Source of the DNA: Candidatus Poribacteria bacterium
GTDB lineage: Bacteria; Poribacteria; WGA-4E; PCPOR2b
Direction: 5' to 3'
NCBI GenBank assembly: GCA_965116925.1
Contig: OZ220744.1
Location: 2,528,001-2,592,000, forward strand
DNA: 64,000 nt
Below, piece after piece: positions 19,201 to 28,884 of this stretch. Position numbers and translations under genes: made by a program. The notes under the pieces were generated by a model. The model was given only the letters and a program-made list of their open reading frames with translations. It did not search any database and was not told where the DNA came from. Position 1 is the first letter of the stretch. Each line of letters starts with the position of its first letter.

Positions 19201-20672
19201 AACCGTGCCATGTCCGCCACAGTGATAGTGGCACCGGGTGCTTTGCGGAGCACCTGCTCGATGGCGTTGCGGAGGTTTGGGTCGGGTATGTTCACCGGCA
19301 CGGCGATGATACTAAACTCAACGATAACCCCTCTGCTTTGGAGTGTGGGAATATGAGTGTTGACGGATAGGACGCTGAGTGGATTACCCTTCACATCAAC
19401 CGCGTCTCCACTTCTCAATCCCGTGTTTGCGACGAGGGGCCAGAGGTCGAATATGGAGTTGTTCTGAAGATATAGTTCGGTCAGCTGAGTTAATCTTGCT
19501 AGGGGTGAAATGTCGGATATGAAATTGCTGTCAAGTCTTAGTGCTGTCAGCTTAGTTAATCCTGCCAGGGACGAGATATTTGATATGTTGTTGTCCCAAA
19601 GATTCAGCACTGCTAGTTGGGTTAGTCCTGTCAGAGGTGAAATATTGGATATGTTGTTGATTCCAAGCCCTAGTGCTGTTAGGTTCGTTAATCTCGCTAG
19701 AGGTGAGATGTCGGATATGAGGTTATCCCGAAGATCTAGCAATGTCAATCGAGTTAATCCTGCCAGGGGTGAGATATTCGATATGGAGTTGTCGCCAAGT
19801 CCCAGTTCTGTTAGGTTAGTTGCATGCTCAAGCCCTGTTAAATTGTAGATATTCTCATTAACGGCGTAAAGTGCTTCCAAGGTCGCCATATCCGCTACGG
19901 TGATGGCGGCACTGGGTGCTTTGCGGAGCACCTGCACGATGGCGTTGCGAAGGTTGGAGTCGGGTATGTTCACCACTTTCGGTGGCACTACGATTTGGTC
20001 AAACGCAACGGTAACGCCTCTACTTTGGAGGATGGGAATGTGTCTGTTGTAAGATAGTGCGTTGAGCGGATTTCCCTTCACATCAACTGTGTCACCGCCT
20101 CTCAATCCCGTGTTTGCGACGAGAGGCCAGAGGTCCGATATGAAGTTGTTGTCAATCCACAATTCTGTTAGGTCGGTTAATCCTGCAATGGCAGAAATAT
20201 TGGATATACGGTTCTCCCCAAGATCCAGTATTATGAGGTCGGTTAATCTTGCTACGATTGAGATGTTGGATATGGAGTTGTTCAAAAGATTTAGGTATAT
20301 CAGTCGAGTTAATCTCGCAAGGGGTGAGATGTCGGATATGAAGTTTTTGTCAAGCTCCAGTCGTGTCAAGTTAGTTAATCCTGCCAGGGGTGAGAGATCG
20401 GATATATAATTGTTCCCAAGCCACAACCATATCAGGTTGGTTGCAGCTTCAAGTCCTGTCAAGTTGGTGATTGCCTGATTGGTGCCGTCCAGTTCGGTCA
20501 ACCATGCCATGTCCGCCACAGTGATGGTGGCACCGGGTGCTTTACCGAGATGATCCTCAATGACAGCGCGGAGGTTGAAGTCAGGGATGAATACGACTTG
20601 CGCGGTTGCTGCCACCGGAATAAACAGACAAATCAAGGAAAATAGGATGAGACGAAAATGCCGTTTTGTCAT
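16260..20672 (-). CDS. Secreted internalin-like leucine-rich-repeat protein (six LRR modules) with dockerin-like and FlgD-Ig/T9SS-like C-terminal domains
   Basis: Signal peptide; six V.IPD.N[LI]R-capped modules of 22-aa LRRs; DVNRDGVVNIFDLV dockerin motif; NYPNPFNPETWIPY...ATRKMLILK tail. Confidence 0.9.
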   Translation of the reverse strand: MTKRHFRLILFSLICLFIPVAATAQVVFIPDFNLRAVIEDHLGKAPGATITVADMAWLTELDGTNQAITNLTGLEAATNLIWLWLGNNYISDLSPLAGLTNLTRLELDKNFISDISPLARLTRLIYLNLLNNSISNISIVARLTDLIILDLGENRISNISAIAGLTDLTELWIDNNFISDLWPLVANTGLRGGDTVDVKGNPLNALSYNRHIPILQSRGVTVAFDQIVVPPKVVNIPDSNLRNAIVQVLRKAPSAAITVADMATLEALYAVNENIYNLTGLEHATNLTELGLGDNSISNISPLAGLTRLTLLDLRDNLISDISPLARLTNLTALGLGINNISNISPLTGLTQLAVLNLWDNNISNISSLAGLTKLTALRLDSNFISDISPLARLTQLTELYLQNNSIFDLWPLVANTGLRSGDAVDVKGNPLSVLSVNTHIPTLQSRGVIVEFSIIAVPVNIPDPNLRNAIEQVLRKAPGATITVADMARLIELDATSKNIRNLTGLEHATNLTKLYLRYNSISDISPLAGLTNLTFLILRDNFISDISPLARLTNLTGLGLGNNNISYISPLSGLTNLTELGLGNNNITNISPLAGLTNLTILGLRNNSISNISAIERLTQLNELYLQENAISDLWPLVANTGLRGGDTVNVNGNPLSTVSFTTHLATLRSRGVTVEFDQVVVVPPPPPPPPQSVNIPDPNIRHAIRKALGKARDAVITLEDMARLTELEVTRKTITNLTGLEHATNLTKLVLRSNAIADLSPLAGLTQLTFLHLGSNRISSIFSLARLTQLRQLYLEKNTISNISLLAGFTNLTTLELGHNNITDISPLERLTQLTKLGLHNNSISNISLLERLTQLTELYLQNNAISDLWPLVANTGLGSGDTLNVRGNPLSDLSFNTHIPTLQSRGVNVNSDQIVVTPKTVNIPDPNLRNAIEQVLGKARGATITVADMQTLAAFYATSENIRNLTGLEYAANLTELRLVGNNITDISPLARLTKLRQLWLDDNSISDISALTGLTNLSELRLLNNAISDISPLLRNTGLGSSDWIDLRGNLLNNVSINTHIPALQSRGIVIEFDQIVVPPKTVNIPDTNLRNVIEKALRKAPGTTITPADMERLTNLNGTNENITNLTGLEHATNLTYLVLINTNVTDLSPLARLTRLIELDLTNNSISDISPLAKLTRLGYLNLADNSVSDISPVAGLPQLSALNLENNSISDISPLVENTKLGNGDEIYLTGNPLSALSINTHIPTLQSRQVIVEFDDTVTRPADVNRDGVVNIFDLVSVASQFGKQGQNLAADTNGDGVVNVFDLVVIIGAFGDAAAAPSAQPQGALTAAQVRGWLTEARFLEIKDPIVKQGIMVLEQLLIALTPAETKLLPNYPNPFNPETWIPYRLAEDAFVTLTIYDGAGQIVRTLNVGYQTAAAYESRSKAIYWDGRNHVGETVASGVYFYHLSAGDYSATRKMLILK

Positions 20673-20940
20673 GAATCGATCCTCTCTGGAGTCGGAAATA
20701 TGTGTGAAAAATAAAGGTACTTCGGTTGGTCAAAAGAGGGAAGGCAATATCCCCTCCATCAGAAACTGAGCACCTTTCATTTGGGCGTTAGGTTGCTGAT
20801 ATTCGATACATATCACCCCGCGCCGAAAAGATTGGTTCCATTTCGATTCCGATTTTATTGAGATTTATCGCGAGATTCAAAGCGGATGGGGCTATAGGTG
20901 GGGCAAATGCGAGAGAATCGTGTGAGCAGGGATACTCAAC

Positions 20941-22176
20941 CTACGGGTGTACTTGATTCTTCTCAGGAATTGCACAGGCTTCGACCTTTTCCAGCACGTC
21001 TTTGGGTTTAATCCGCGTTTTGAAAAAGAGCACTTCGCCGGAGATGTCTCGGAAATCTTCGGTCGAACAGTTTAGTTGATCTGACACAGCGGCGATCATG
21101 TTGGGCATGGCAGCGCGTTTGAATTTCCACAGTTTTTTCTGGAGGTAATCCGGTGTCCAGAAGCCGACGATTTCCATTAAGGCGCGTCGTCCGTCGGGGT
21201 GTGAGAAGGCGAAGTCTGGAATCATCACGGTGTCTTTGAGATTGATGATGTCCGTCTCGCGTTCAAGCGTCCATTCTGTCTCGATTTTATCAAACTGTAT
21301 TGCGAAATGTCGCTCTAGTTCGCTGTCAAACTCGCCGGGGTCCCGATAGTGGGATTGTAGCCCAAATTCGTCGGTGAGGTTAAATCGGAGATGCTCGTTT
21401 TTGTTCATGACGATTGTTGCGTCTAGCCACCATCGATCGCAGTGTAACAGCGCGGGTAGAAACAGTGCCATCTGGATACCGTACTTCTGCGACAGGCGGA
21501 ACATTGATGCGGGACCGTCGAGGACGATTTGATAGCCGTCGGCATTGTTTCCAGAAACGACGTGCATCAGCTTAAAGAACTTGATGAACTGGAACACCAA
21601 CTTGTATTTTGTTGGGATATTGCGATAAATTCGGATTGTCATTTCGCTGGCACGGTAGAGCATCGCTTGGGCGAGTGCGACGTTATACCGATCCAGCAGC
21701 CACTCGGTGGTCGGCGAATCGAACTCTGTCAGGAGGCGGTTCTCCTCTAGGTCCGCATACATGCCGTCCATCACTGCGTCCCCCGAGACGTTAAGTTCAT
21801 CGGCGATTTTCGCGAGTGCTTTTGGAGATGTATGCCGGTGCCGTCTATCTCCTTTGGTCACAACTGGATGGTGTTTGCTCGCGTAGGCGAAGATTTTTTC
21901 TCGAAGCACCTCTGGCTCAATTGGGGATTGAACCGTAAATTCGGAGCGATCTTCGAGCAGCTTGGCAAGCCCGCGTGTGATCTGGTAATTGGTGTCAGCG
22001 GCTTCATAATCCGCTAGTGCCGAAGCGAGTGCCCCTTTGGCTTTGTTGAGATGTGCGGTGTAAATCTCGATCAGATCTCTTGCGATTGCACAATACTTTC
22101 TGCTTTTTGGGTTCACATAGCGGGCTTGGATCTCGTCTTCTTTAATTCGATAGCGGAGCAGGTCGAGTGGGAGCAT
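20941..22176 (-). CDS. DUF790-family predicted nuclease
   Basis: MLP.DLL start, YNVALAQAMLYRA, DGPASMF....KYG, FDSELE, IPDF...EIVGFWTPDYL. Confidence 0.85.
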   Translation of the reverse strand: MLPLDLLRYRIKEDEIQARYVNPKSRKYCAIARDLIEIYTAHLNKAKGALASALADYEAADTNYQITRGLAKLLEDRSEFTVQSPIEPEVLREKIFAYASKHHPVVTKGDRRHRHTSPKALAKIADELNVSGDAVMDGMYADLEENRLLTEFDSPTTEWLLDRYNVALAQAMLYRASEMTIRIYRNIPTKYKLVFQFIKFFKLMHVVSGNNADGYQIVLDGPASMFRLSQKYGIQMALFLPALLHCDRWWLDATIVMNKNEHLRFNLTDEFGLQSHYRDPGEFDSELERHFAIQFDKIETEWTLERETDIINLKDTVMIPDFAFSHPDGRRALMEIVGFWTPDYLQKKLWKFKRAAMPNMIAAVSDQLNCSTEDFRDISGEVLFFKTRIKPKDVLEKVEACAIPEKNQVHP

Positions 22177-22239
22177 CGGATTTTTTCCGGCGTTATGGGG
22201 TATTGGTTTTGTAGTTAGGTTGGTGATGCTGCTGCAATT

Positions 22240-22341
22240 TATAGTGAATTCAAAAAACAAAGAAACACTTGCGCCCCCCGGTAGGTGCGGTTTGTAACCG
22301 CACCGGTTTGGCGTGTCCCATTAATTCTAAAATCTACTATA
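22240..22341. mobile_element. Correia-like MITE, copy 2
   Basis: TATAGTGAATTC...AATTCTAAAATCTACTATA, with an internal GTAG REP. Confidence 0.6.
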
Positions 22342-22756
22342 GATGCCGAGTTTACCATAAGGTAAGTTTCGCGTCAAGATCATTGCGCCTTGATTTAGGA
22401 GCGTTCAATTCTCCTGTAGGAGGGATCTCCGAATCCCGACACCTCGTTTCTAATAATTCGCTTGATCCTCTCATGGATTTTTGGTACACTAAGCGTGAAA
22501 TATTTTGTCTGAATCGCGGATTAAGAGGATTAAAGGATTACGCGGATTAGGTTGGGTGAACGGGTTGGATAAAATGCCCAACCAATGAGAAAATGTTATA
22601 GTTTGATGTTGGGTTTCATTTGTGTTCAACCCAACCTACGAGTTGGATCGAAGGCAGAGTGCTTGGCGGGCGAGGAGACCTCGCCTCTACGGGAAGATCG
22701 AAGATATATTTAGCAGCACGTTTTAAGAAACCTTGAAGTATCCTGTGAGGAAAAAT

Positions 22757-24352
22757 ATGAGCGAAAACAAAAAACCGAATATACTTTTAATTTTGAACGA
22801 TGATATGGGGTATTCGGATCTCGGTTGTTACGGTGGGGAGATCCACAGTCCGAATTTGGACCGGCTGGCTAGCAGCGGGTTGCGGTTCACACAGTTCTAT
22901 AACACCGCCCGTTGCTGTCCTTCGCGGGCTTCAATGCTGACGGGGCTCCATCCGCATCAGACTGGGGTTGGGCACATGATGTCAGACGACGGTTTGGAGG
23001 GGTATCGTGGGGATCTGAATAATCGCTGTGTGACTATCGCTGAAGCCCTCAAACCCGCGGGGTATCGCACCTACATGAGCGGCAAGTGGCATATCTCCCG
23101 GCATACCGATCCGGACGGACCGAAACACAGTTGGCCCCTGCAGCGCGGCTTTGATCGCTATTTCGGCATTATCACGGGAGCTGCGAACTATTGGAAACCG
23201 AACACACTGACCCGCGATAACGAGCATATCCCACACGACGAGCTGCCCGAAGGCTTTTTCTTGACCGATGCAATCAGCGATGAGGCGTCTGCTTTCATCC
23301 GAGGCCATGCGGAGGAGGCTTCGGATCAACCGTTCTTCACCTATGTCGCCTACACCTCGCCCCATTGGCCCCTCCACGCCCATGACGAGGACATCGCACG
23401 CTATGAGGGTCGGTTTGTGGCAGGTTGGGATCAACTCCGCGAGGAACGACTACAGCGGATGCGGGAGATGGGAATCCTTGATGAGGGTTGGGCGTTGACA
23501 GATCGGGATCCGACGCAGCCGCCGTGGGAAGAAGCGGAGCACAAGGCGTGGAATCAACGGCGCATGGAGGTCTACGCGGCTCAGATTGATCGGATGGATC
23601 AGGGAATTGGTCGGATCGTGACGGCGTTGGAGGAGACGGGGCAGTTGGAGGACACGCTAATCCTTTTCCTAGCCGATAACGGTGGGTGTGCGGAGGAACT
23701 TCGGGGACCTGCGAATCGCGTGGGGAAGGACGGCTTAATCGAGACCGAGACGACGCACGATGGGCAACCGGTGTATCGGGGGAACGATCCGAGCATGATG
23801 CCGGGCCCTGAAATCACATATCAGAGTTACGGCGTCCCTTGGGCGAACCTTTCCAACACTCCCTTCCGCGAATACAAACATTGGGTACATGAGGGTGGCA
23901 TTGCGACGCCGCTCATCGCGCATTGGCCCCAACAGATTCAGACAGCGGGTGCGCTGCGCCATCAGCCGGGTCAACTCCCCGACATCATGGCGACCTGCCT
24001 TGAGATCTCTGGGTCAACCTATCCCGACGAACACAATGGTACCCCAATCTATCCCTTGGAGGGGACAAGCCTCACGCCTATCTTTGACGATGAAGATAAC
24101 GATAAAGAGGCACTCATCTGGGAGCATGAGGGCAATGCAGCGGTGCGGAAAGGGAAGTGGAAGTTGGTGTGTAAATACCCAGGGGATTGGGAACTTTACG
24201 ACATGGAGATAGATCGCACCGAGCGCAACGATCTGTCGGCACAGTTTCCAGAACAGGTTGAGGAACTGAGCGAGTTGTATCAGGCGTGGGCGGATCGCTG
24301 TTTTGTTGAACCTTGGGGCAAGATTTTGGAAGGGAGAAAAACGGAGGCTTGA
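22757..24352 (+). CDS. Arylsulfatase (Cys-type, formylglycine-dependent)
   Basis: PNILLIL.DDMGYSD, CCPSRASMLTG, GKWH motifs. Confidence 0.93.
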   Translation: MSENKKPNILLILNDDMGYSDLGCYGGEIHSPNLDRLASSGLRFTQFYNTARCCPSRASMLTGLHPHQTGVGHMMSDDGLEGYRGDLNNRCVTIAEALKPAGYRTYMSGKWHISRHTDPDGPKHSWPLQRGFDRYFGIITGAANYWKPNTLTRDNEHIPHDELPEGFFLTDAISDEASAFIRGHAEEASDQPFFTYVAYTSPHWPLHAHDEDIARYEGRFVAGWDQLREERLQRMREMGILDEGWALTDRDPTQPPWEEAEHKAWNQRRMEVYAAQIDRMDQGIGRIVTALEETGQLEDTLILFLADNGGCAEELRGPANRVGKDGLIETETTHDGQPVYRGNDPSMMPGPEITYQSYGVPWANLSNTPFREYKHWVHEGGIATPLIAHWPQQIQTAGALRHQPGQLPDIMATCLEISGSTYPDEHNGTPIYPLEGTSLTPIFDDEDNDKEALIWEHEGNAAVRKGKWKLVCKYPGDWELYDMEIDRTERNDLSAQFPEQVEELSELYQAWADRCFVEPWGKILEGRKTEA

Positions 24353-24353
24353 G

Positions 24354-25241
24354 ATGATTTTAACGATGAATCAGATAGAGATGGAATTGGGCGGGAAGTA
24401 CCTCGGTTGGTTGCGCGAAGCGAACGATCTGCTCGGTGACCGCGAGGCACTTCAAGCACGGTTGGAAGAAGATGGCTATCTGCTGATCCGCGGCTTGCAC
24501 GACCCGGAGAAGGTTAAAGCAACCCGCCGATTCCTGCTCGAAAAATTGGACGAAAATGAGCAACTTGATCGCTCGTATCCGCTTTTAGAAGGGATTCCAG
24601 CAGAAGGGAAGCGCGGCATGTTTATGGGTGGCAACAAAGCGGTGACCCATGAGCCGCCATTTCTGAATCTGGTCGAATCGCCGGAGATCATGGATTTTTG
24701 TGAAGTTTTCTACGATGCGCCGGTCATCACCTACGATTATAAATGGTTGCGTGTGGTCGGTCCGGGAGGGTTCACCGGCGCGCACTATGATATCGTCTAC
24801 ATGGGACGTGGTACGCAACAACTCGTTACCTGTTGGACGCCGCTCGGCGATGTGCCGCTCGAAATGGGTCCGTTGGTGATTCTTGTGGGTTCTCACCGTT
24901 TTGAGGTACTCAAAGAGACCTACGGCAAAATGGACGTTGATCGGGATCATGTGACGGGTTCGTTCTCGTATGACCCGATCGAATTGGCGGATCGCTACGG
25001 AGGGCGGTGGGGTACGAGCTCGTTTGAGATGGGGGATGTGCTTATCTTCAGTATGTTCACGATGCACGGATCGTTAGATAACACGACCCATCGCTTTCGT
25101 CTCAGCACCGACACGCGCTATCAACGTGCCGATGAACCTGTGGATGAACGTTGGATCGGAGATGATCCGATCGCGCATTATGCGTGGACGCAGGGCGAAA
25201 CGGTGCCGATGGAGGAGATGCGGAAAAGGTGGGGCGTTTAA
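24354..25241 (+). CDS. Phytanoyl-CoA dioxygenase (PhyH)-family Fe(II)/2OG enzyme
   Basis: HYD...H facial triad, TCWTPLGD, GSH, RLSTDTRYQ; abuts the sulfatase stop codon. Confidence 0.85.
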   Translation: MILTMNQIEMELGGKYLGWLREANDLLGDREALQARLEEDGYLLIRGLHDPEKVKATRRFLLEKLDENEQLDRSYPLLEGIPAEGKRGMFMGGNKAVTHEPPFLNLVESPEIMDFCEVFYDAPVITYDYKWLRVVGPGGFTGAHYDIVYMGRGTQQLVTCWTPLGDVPLEMGPLVILVGSHRFEVLKETYGKMDVDRDHVTGSFSYDPIELADRYGGRWGTSSFEMGDVLIFSMFTMHGSLDNTTHRFRLSTDTRYQRADEPVDERWIGDDPIAHYAWTQGETVPMEEMRKRWGV

Positions 25242-25341
25242 TAACCAAAGTTCATTGGTTCATTTAACGGATGAATCCTATATTGCTATTGTGCTTAAAG
25301 CTAGGGAAGATTGGATTTAGATGAGGTTAAAAAGGAGTTGT

Positions 25342-26295
25342 ATGACACTTGACGATATTCAACAGATTGCTGTGATTGGGGCGGGTTTGATGGGGCATGG
25401 GATCGCCCAAGAATTTGCGTTCGCCGGCTATCAGGTTCACCTGCACGATGTGAGCCAAGCGCAGGTTGACGCTGGAATAGAGCGGATACGAGATAATCTT
25501 CAGCTGTTTGTGGAAAATGACCTTGCCAGATCGGAGCAGATCGATGAGACACTCAATCGGATTCATGGGTCGGACCAGCTTGAAACTGTTGGGAGAGAGG
25601 CGGATTTTGTCATTGAAGCGGTGATTGAGAATCTGCCCCTCAAGCAGGAGGTGTTCCGCCAACTGGATCAGATCTGCCCAACACACACGATTCTCGCAAG
25701 CAATACGACGGCACAGATGCCTTCGCAAATTGGTGCATTTACCCAGCGTCAAGATCAGATTCTGAACACCCACTATTTCAATCCGCCCTATCTCATCCCG
25801 CTTGTCGAACTGATTCGCAGCCCAAAAACATCGGATGAAACATTGCATGTGACGTATGATCTGATGGTGAAGATCGGGAAGACACCGGCGGTTATCCAGA
25901 AGGAGGTTCCCGGCTTTGTGGGGCCCCGTCTACAAGCTGCGGTCATCCGTGAGGCGTTCTCAATCGTTGAGCGCGGCATCGCCACTGCGGAGGATGTCGA
26001 TCTGGTGGTCCGTAACAGCTTTGGACGGCGTCTGAGCGTTGCGGGACCGTTTCAGGTGTTTGAACTGGCGGGGTGGGATCTCGTCCTCGCAGCGTTTGAA
26101 GAGTTATACAAAGATCTCAACAACTCATCAGAGATTAACCCGCTTCTCCGCGAAATGGTTGAGGACGACAAGCTCGGCGTCAAATCAGGAGAGGGATTCT
26201 ACGAATGGACGCCTGAAAGGATTGATGAGATTCGCGGTAAGATGAATCGGGTGTTGATTGGTCGGATGCAGGAAGACGTAAAACGTGAAACGTGA
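25342..26295 (+). CDS. 3-hydroxyacyl-CoA dehydrogenase family protein
   Basis: GAGLMGHGIA, EAVIENL..K, HYFNPP, LGVKSGEGFY. Confidence 0.9.
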   Translation: MTLDDIQQIAVIGAGLMGHGIAQEFAFAGYQVHLHDVSQAQVDAGIERIRDNLQLFVENDLARSEQIDETLNRIHGSDQLETVGREADFVIEAVIENLPLKQEVFRQLDQICPTHTILASNTTAQMPSQIGAFTQRQDQILNTHYFNPPYLIPLVELIRSPKTSDETLHVTYDLMVKIGKTPAVIQKEVPGFVGPRLQAAVIREAFSIVERGIATAEDVDLVVRNSFGRRLSVAGPFQVFELAGWDLVLAAFEELYKDLNNSSEINPLLREMVEDDKLGVKSGEGFYEWTPERIDEIRGKMNRVLIGRMQEDVKRET

Positions 26296-26435
26296 AAATC
26301 ATTGGTACATTGCGGTTCATTCATAAACGCGAGTGAACTAATGAACTCAATTGATTTCTTTTGCACGATTTCTTAACATGGACTTTATTTTTTTTGAGAT
26401 TGCCGTTTGATAAATCTGTTTTGCGGAAAAAAACC

Positions 26436-26464
26436 TTGCCTAAATCTAGAAAATTGCTTATAAT
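26436..26464 (+). promoter_or_regulatory. Putative sigma70 promoter
   Basis: TTGCCT-N17-TATAAT upstream of 26584. Confidence 0.5.
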
Positions 26465-26583
26465 AACCCTCGTTCTCTTAATATGGCTGATAATAGAGAA
26501 TGGTTTTGCCGTACTGGCAATGTATAACATAACAAAGAAACAACCTAGAAATTAACCTTCATAAGTATGAAAGGAGTTATCTG

Positions 26584-28734
26584 ATGAAACGTCAGATTGC
26601 CAATCCAAGTAAATGTTTTGTCATTTTGGCTGCATTTATGTTACTTACAGTTCAAGGTGTTTATGGTCAAACGGTCTCGATAGATCCGGCTACGGTAGAG
26701 TCTCCAGCCGCTGGAGAGCAGTTGACCCTTAATGTCAACATCACAGGCGGAGTGGGTGTCGCTGGTTATCAATTTACTGTAACCTTTGACTCAAGTGCTC
26801 TCTCGGATGTCAGCGTTGCAAATGCGGACTATCTGCCCGCCGGTACGTTTGTCGTGCCCGGGTCCACCACCGATACAAGTGCCATATTCGGTGCAACCTC
26901 TGCGCTTATTAACGCTACAGCAGATGGAGATGGCACGCTTGCCACAGTAACCTTTACAGTTGTTGAAGCCAAGGACTCGACAATTGAGTTGTCTGGGGTC
27001 TTAATTTCTGACCTGGAGGCAAACCCAATCGCCGTGACAGTCGAAGGCGGTATGGTTACTGGACCTGCTGTGGAAACACCAGAAACACCAGAGACACCCG
27101 AAACGCCTGAGACCCCTGAGATGCCTGAAATGCCGGAGGCTGTTGAATTTAAGGTAACACTAACAAACCTCACCATGGGTGTTCCAACTCAAGGTGGTCA
27201 GATTTTCTCACCGCCGATCTTTGTGACACACGGTCATGGATTTTCAATCGGTGCATCCGGTGAGGCAGCCAGCGCGGAACTCACCCTACTAGCGGAAACT
27301 GGCAATAATAGGCCGCTCGCTGCATTGGCTGACGGGTCAGGCGCTGTTCGCAGTGTCGTTGCATTTCCCGCTCCCCCTGGAGGGGTAGTGCTCCCCGGTG
27401 CGTCCGTTTCAAGGATGGTCAGTGCGAGTTCTGATATGGGCTATCTCTCATTGGCGGCGATGCTTGTTCACACCAACGACGGCATCGTTCTGGCAAGCAG
27501 TTTACCCCTCTTCGATGGGGATGGTAACCCACGCTCGTTCACAATGGATCTAATGTCCTATGATGCAGGTACGGAAGATAACAACGAGTTGGCAACACAT
27601 GTTCCGGGATTTGAAGGCACGGAACGCGCACCGACTGAAGGCGGCGTGCTTTCTTCGCCGCATCCCGGCATAGCTGGTACTGCTGATGTAGGCACTGCGT
27701 TCGGTTGGACAGAGCCTACCGCAACTGTGGCTGTTGAAGCAATGGTCGAGGCACCTGAGGTGCCTGAAGTGCCTGAGGTACCTGAGGTGCCTGAAGTACC
27801 TGAGATCCCCACAGAGCCTACGGGTATGTTTGAAATGGCGTTGGCACCTGGACTGAACATGATTTCCTTGCCACTGATGCCGGCAGAACCTTATACGGCG
27901 AGTTCGTTTGCTGCGGCGGTGGGTGCAACTGTCGTGATTCGGCTTGACACAGCGATGCAGGAGTTTGTCGGGTTCACTGCAGATCAGGACGGTGATGGCT
28001 TCGCGATTGAAGGGGGGCAGGGTTATATCGTCAACGTCCCCGGTGGTGGCATGGTCACGTTTGAGGGAACGGCGTGGGATAACACGATGGAGGACGCAGC
28101 AGCAGCGCCGGGTATCCAACTTCCGAGCACGACCTGGGCGTTTGTCGTCAGTGGCGATCTGCTGGAGGCTGAGGCAGGTGTATCCTACACAGTCGTTGCG
28201 GAAAACCATCGTACCGGTGAGGTCACAACACGACGGATTTCCAGCGAGCACAGGGAATTCAACACAGTCTGGGCAGACCTGTCACGGCAGAGCGTCATTG
28301 AAGCTGGCGATACGCTAGAGGTTATGCTACTCGATGATATGGAAAATATCGTTTCAGGCCCCTTCACACATAGAATTGGGGTTGAAGACCTTCGGAAGGC
28401 TTACCTGAGTTTATCGTTGACTGTTGGCGATATGCATCCGGCAAAGACGATATTGGGACAGAACTTCCCGAATCCGTTCAACCCTGAAACGTGGATTCCG
28501 TACCAGCTTGAGAAATCAGCAGATGTCGCTCTCCAGATTTACAACACATCTGGTAGTATTGTACGAACTATCGATCTCGGCTTTAAGCCACAAGGGTTCT
28601 ATATGACCCGCTCTACGGCGGCGTACTGGGATGGTCGTAACAATATGGGTGAGCAGGTCGCCTCTGGAGTTTATTTCTACAGTTTGCAAACTCCTGACTT
28701 TTCGGCGACACGGAAGATGCTAATTTTGAAGTAG
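26584..28734 (+). CDS. Secreted protein: cohesin-like + Spondin_N-like + FlgD-Ig/T9SS-like C-terminal domain, with (PET)n and (PEV)n linkers
   Basis: Signal peptide; cohesin-like N-terminal domain; FSPPIFVTH...LAETG...TNDG...YDAGTE spondin motifs; NFPNPFNPETWIPY...ATRKMLILK tail. Confidence 0.82.
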   Translation: MKRQIANPSKCFVILAAFMLLTVQGVYGQTVSIDPATVESPAAGEQLTLNVNITGGVGVAGYQFTVTFDSSALSDVSVANADYLPAGTFVVPGSTTDTSAIFGATSALINATADGDGTLATVTFTVVEAKDSTIELSGVLISDLEANPIAVTVEGGMVTGPAVETPETPETPETPETPEMPEMPEAVEFKVTLTNLTMGVPTQGGQIFSPPIFVTHGHGFSIGASGEAASAELTLLAETGNNRPLAALADGSGAVRSVVAFPAPPGGVVLPGASVSRMVSASSDMGYLSLAAMLVHTNDGIVLASSLPLFDGDGNPRSFTMDLMSYDAGTEDNNELATHVPGFEGTERAPTEGGVLSSPHPGIAGTADVGTAFGWTEPTATVAVEAMVEAPEVPEVPEVPEVPEVPEIPTEPTGMFEMALAPGLNMISLPLMPAEPYTASSFAAAVGATVVIRLDTAMQEFVGFTADQDGDGFAIEGGQGYIVNVPGGGMVTFEGTAWDNTMEDAAAAPGIQLPSTTWAFVVSGDLLEAEAGVSYTVVAENHRTGEVTTRRISSEHREFNTVWADLSRQSVIEAGDTLEVMLLDDMENIVSGPFTHRIGVEDLRKAYLSLSLTVGDMHPAKTILGQNFPNPFNPETWIPYQLEKSADVALQIYNTSGSIVRTIDLGFKPQGFYMTRSTAAYWDGRNNMGEQVASGVYFYSLQTPDFSATRKMLILK

Positions 28735-28884
28735 GTACGTGAAGCGTGATGCGTGAAAACAATTTGTTCATGGGTTCATTAGTGAACTGATGAACTAGTG
28801 AATTAAAAAACGATGGGAGCATCGGGCTATTGGACAGGATCTTATGCCCATGCTCCCATTTTTATTTAGAGAACTGAATTCAAG

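Noticed and set aside
16600..20409. Series of plus-strand ORFs with repeated motifs
   Set aside because: Antisense shadows of the LRR gene.
27070..27810. 9-bp tandem repeats as an array or CRISPR
   Set aside because: They encode the PET/PEM and PEV linkers within a CDS; no spacers.
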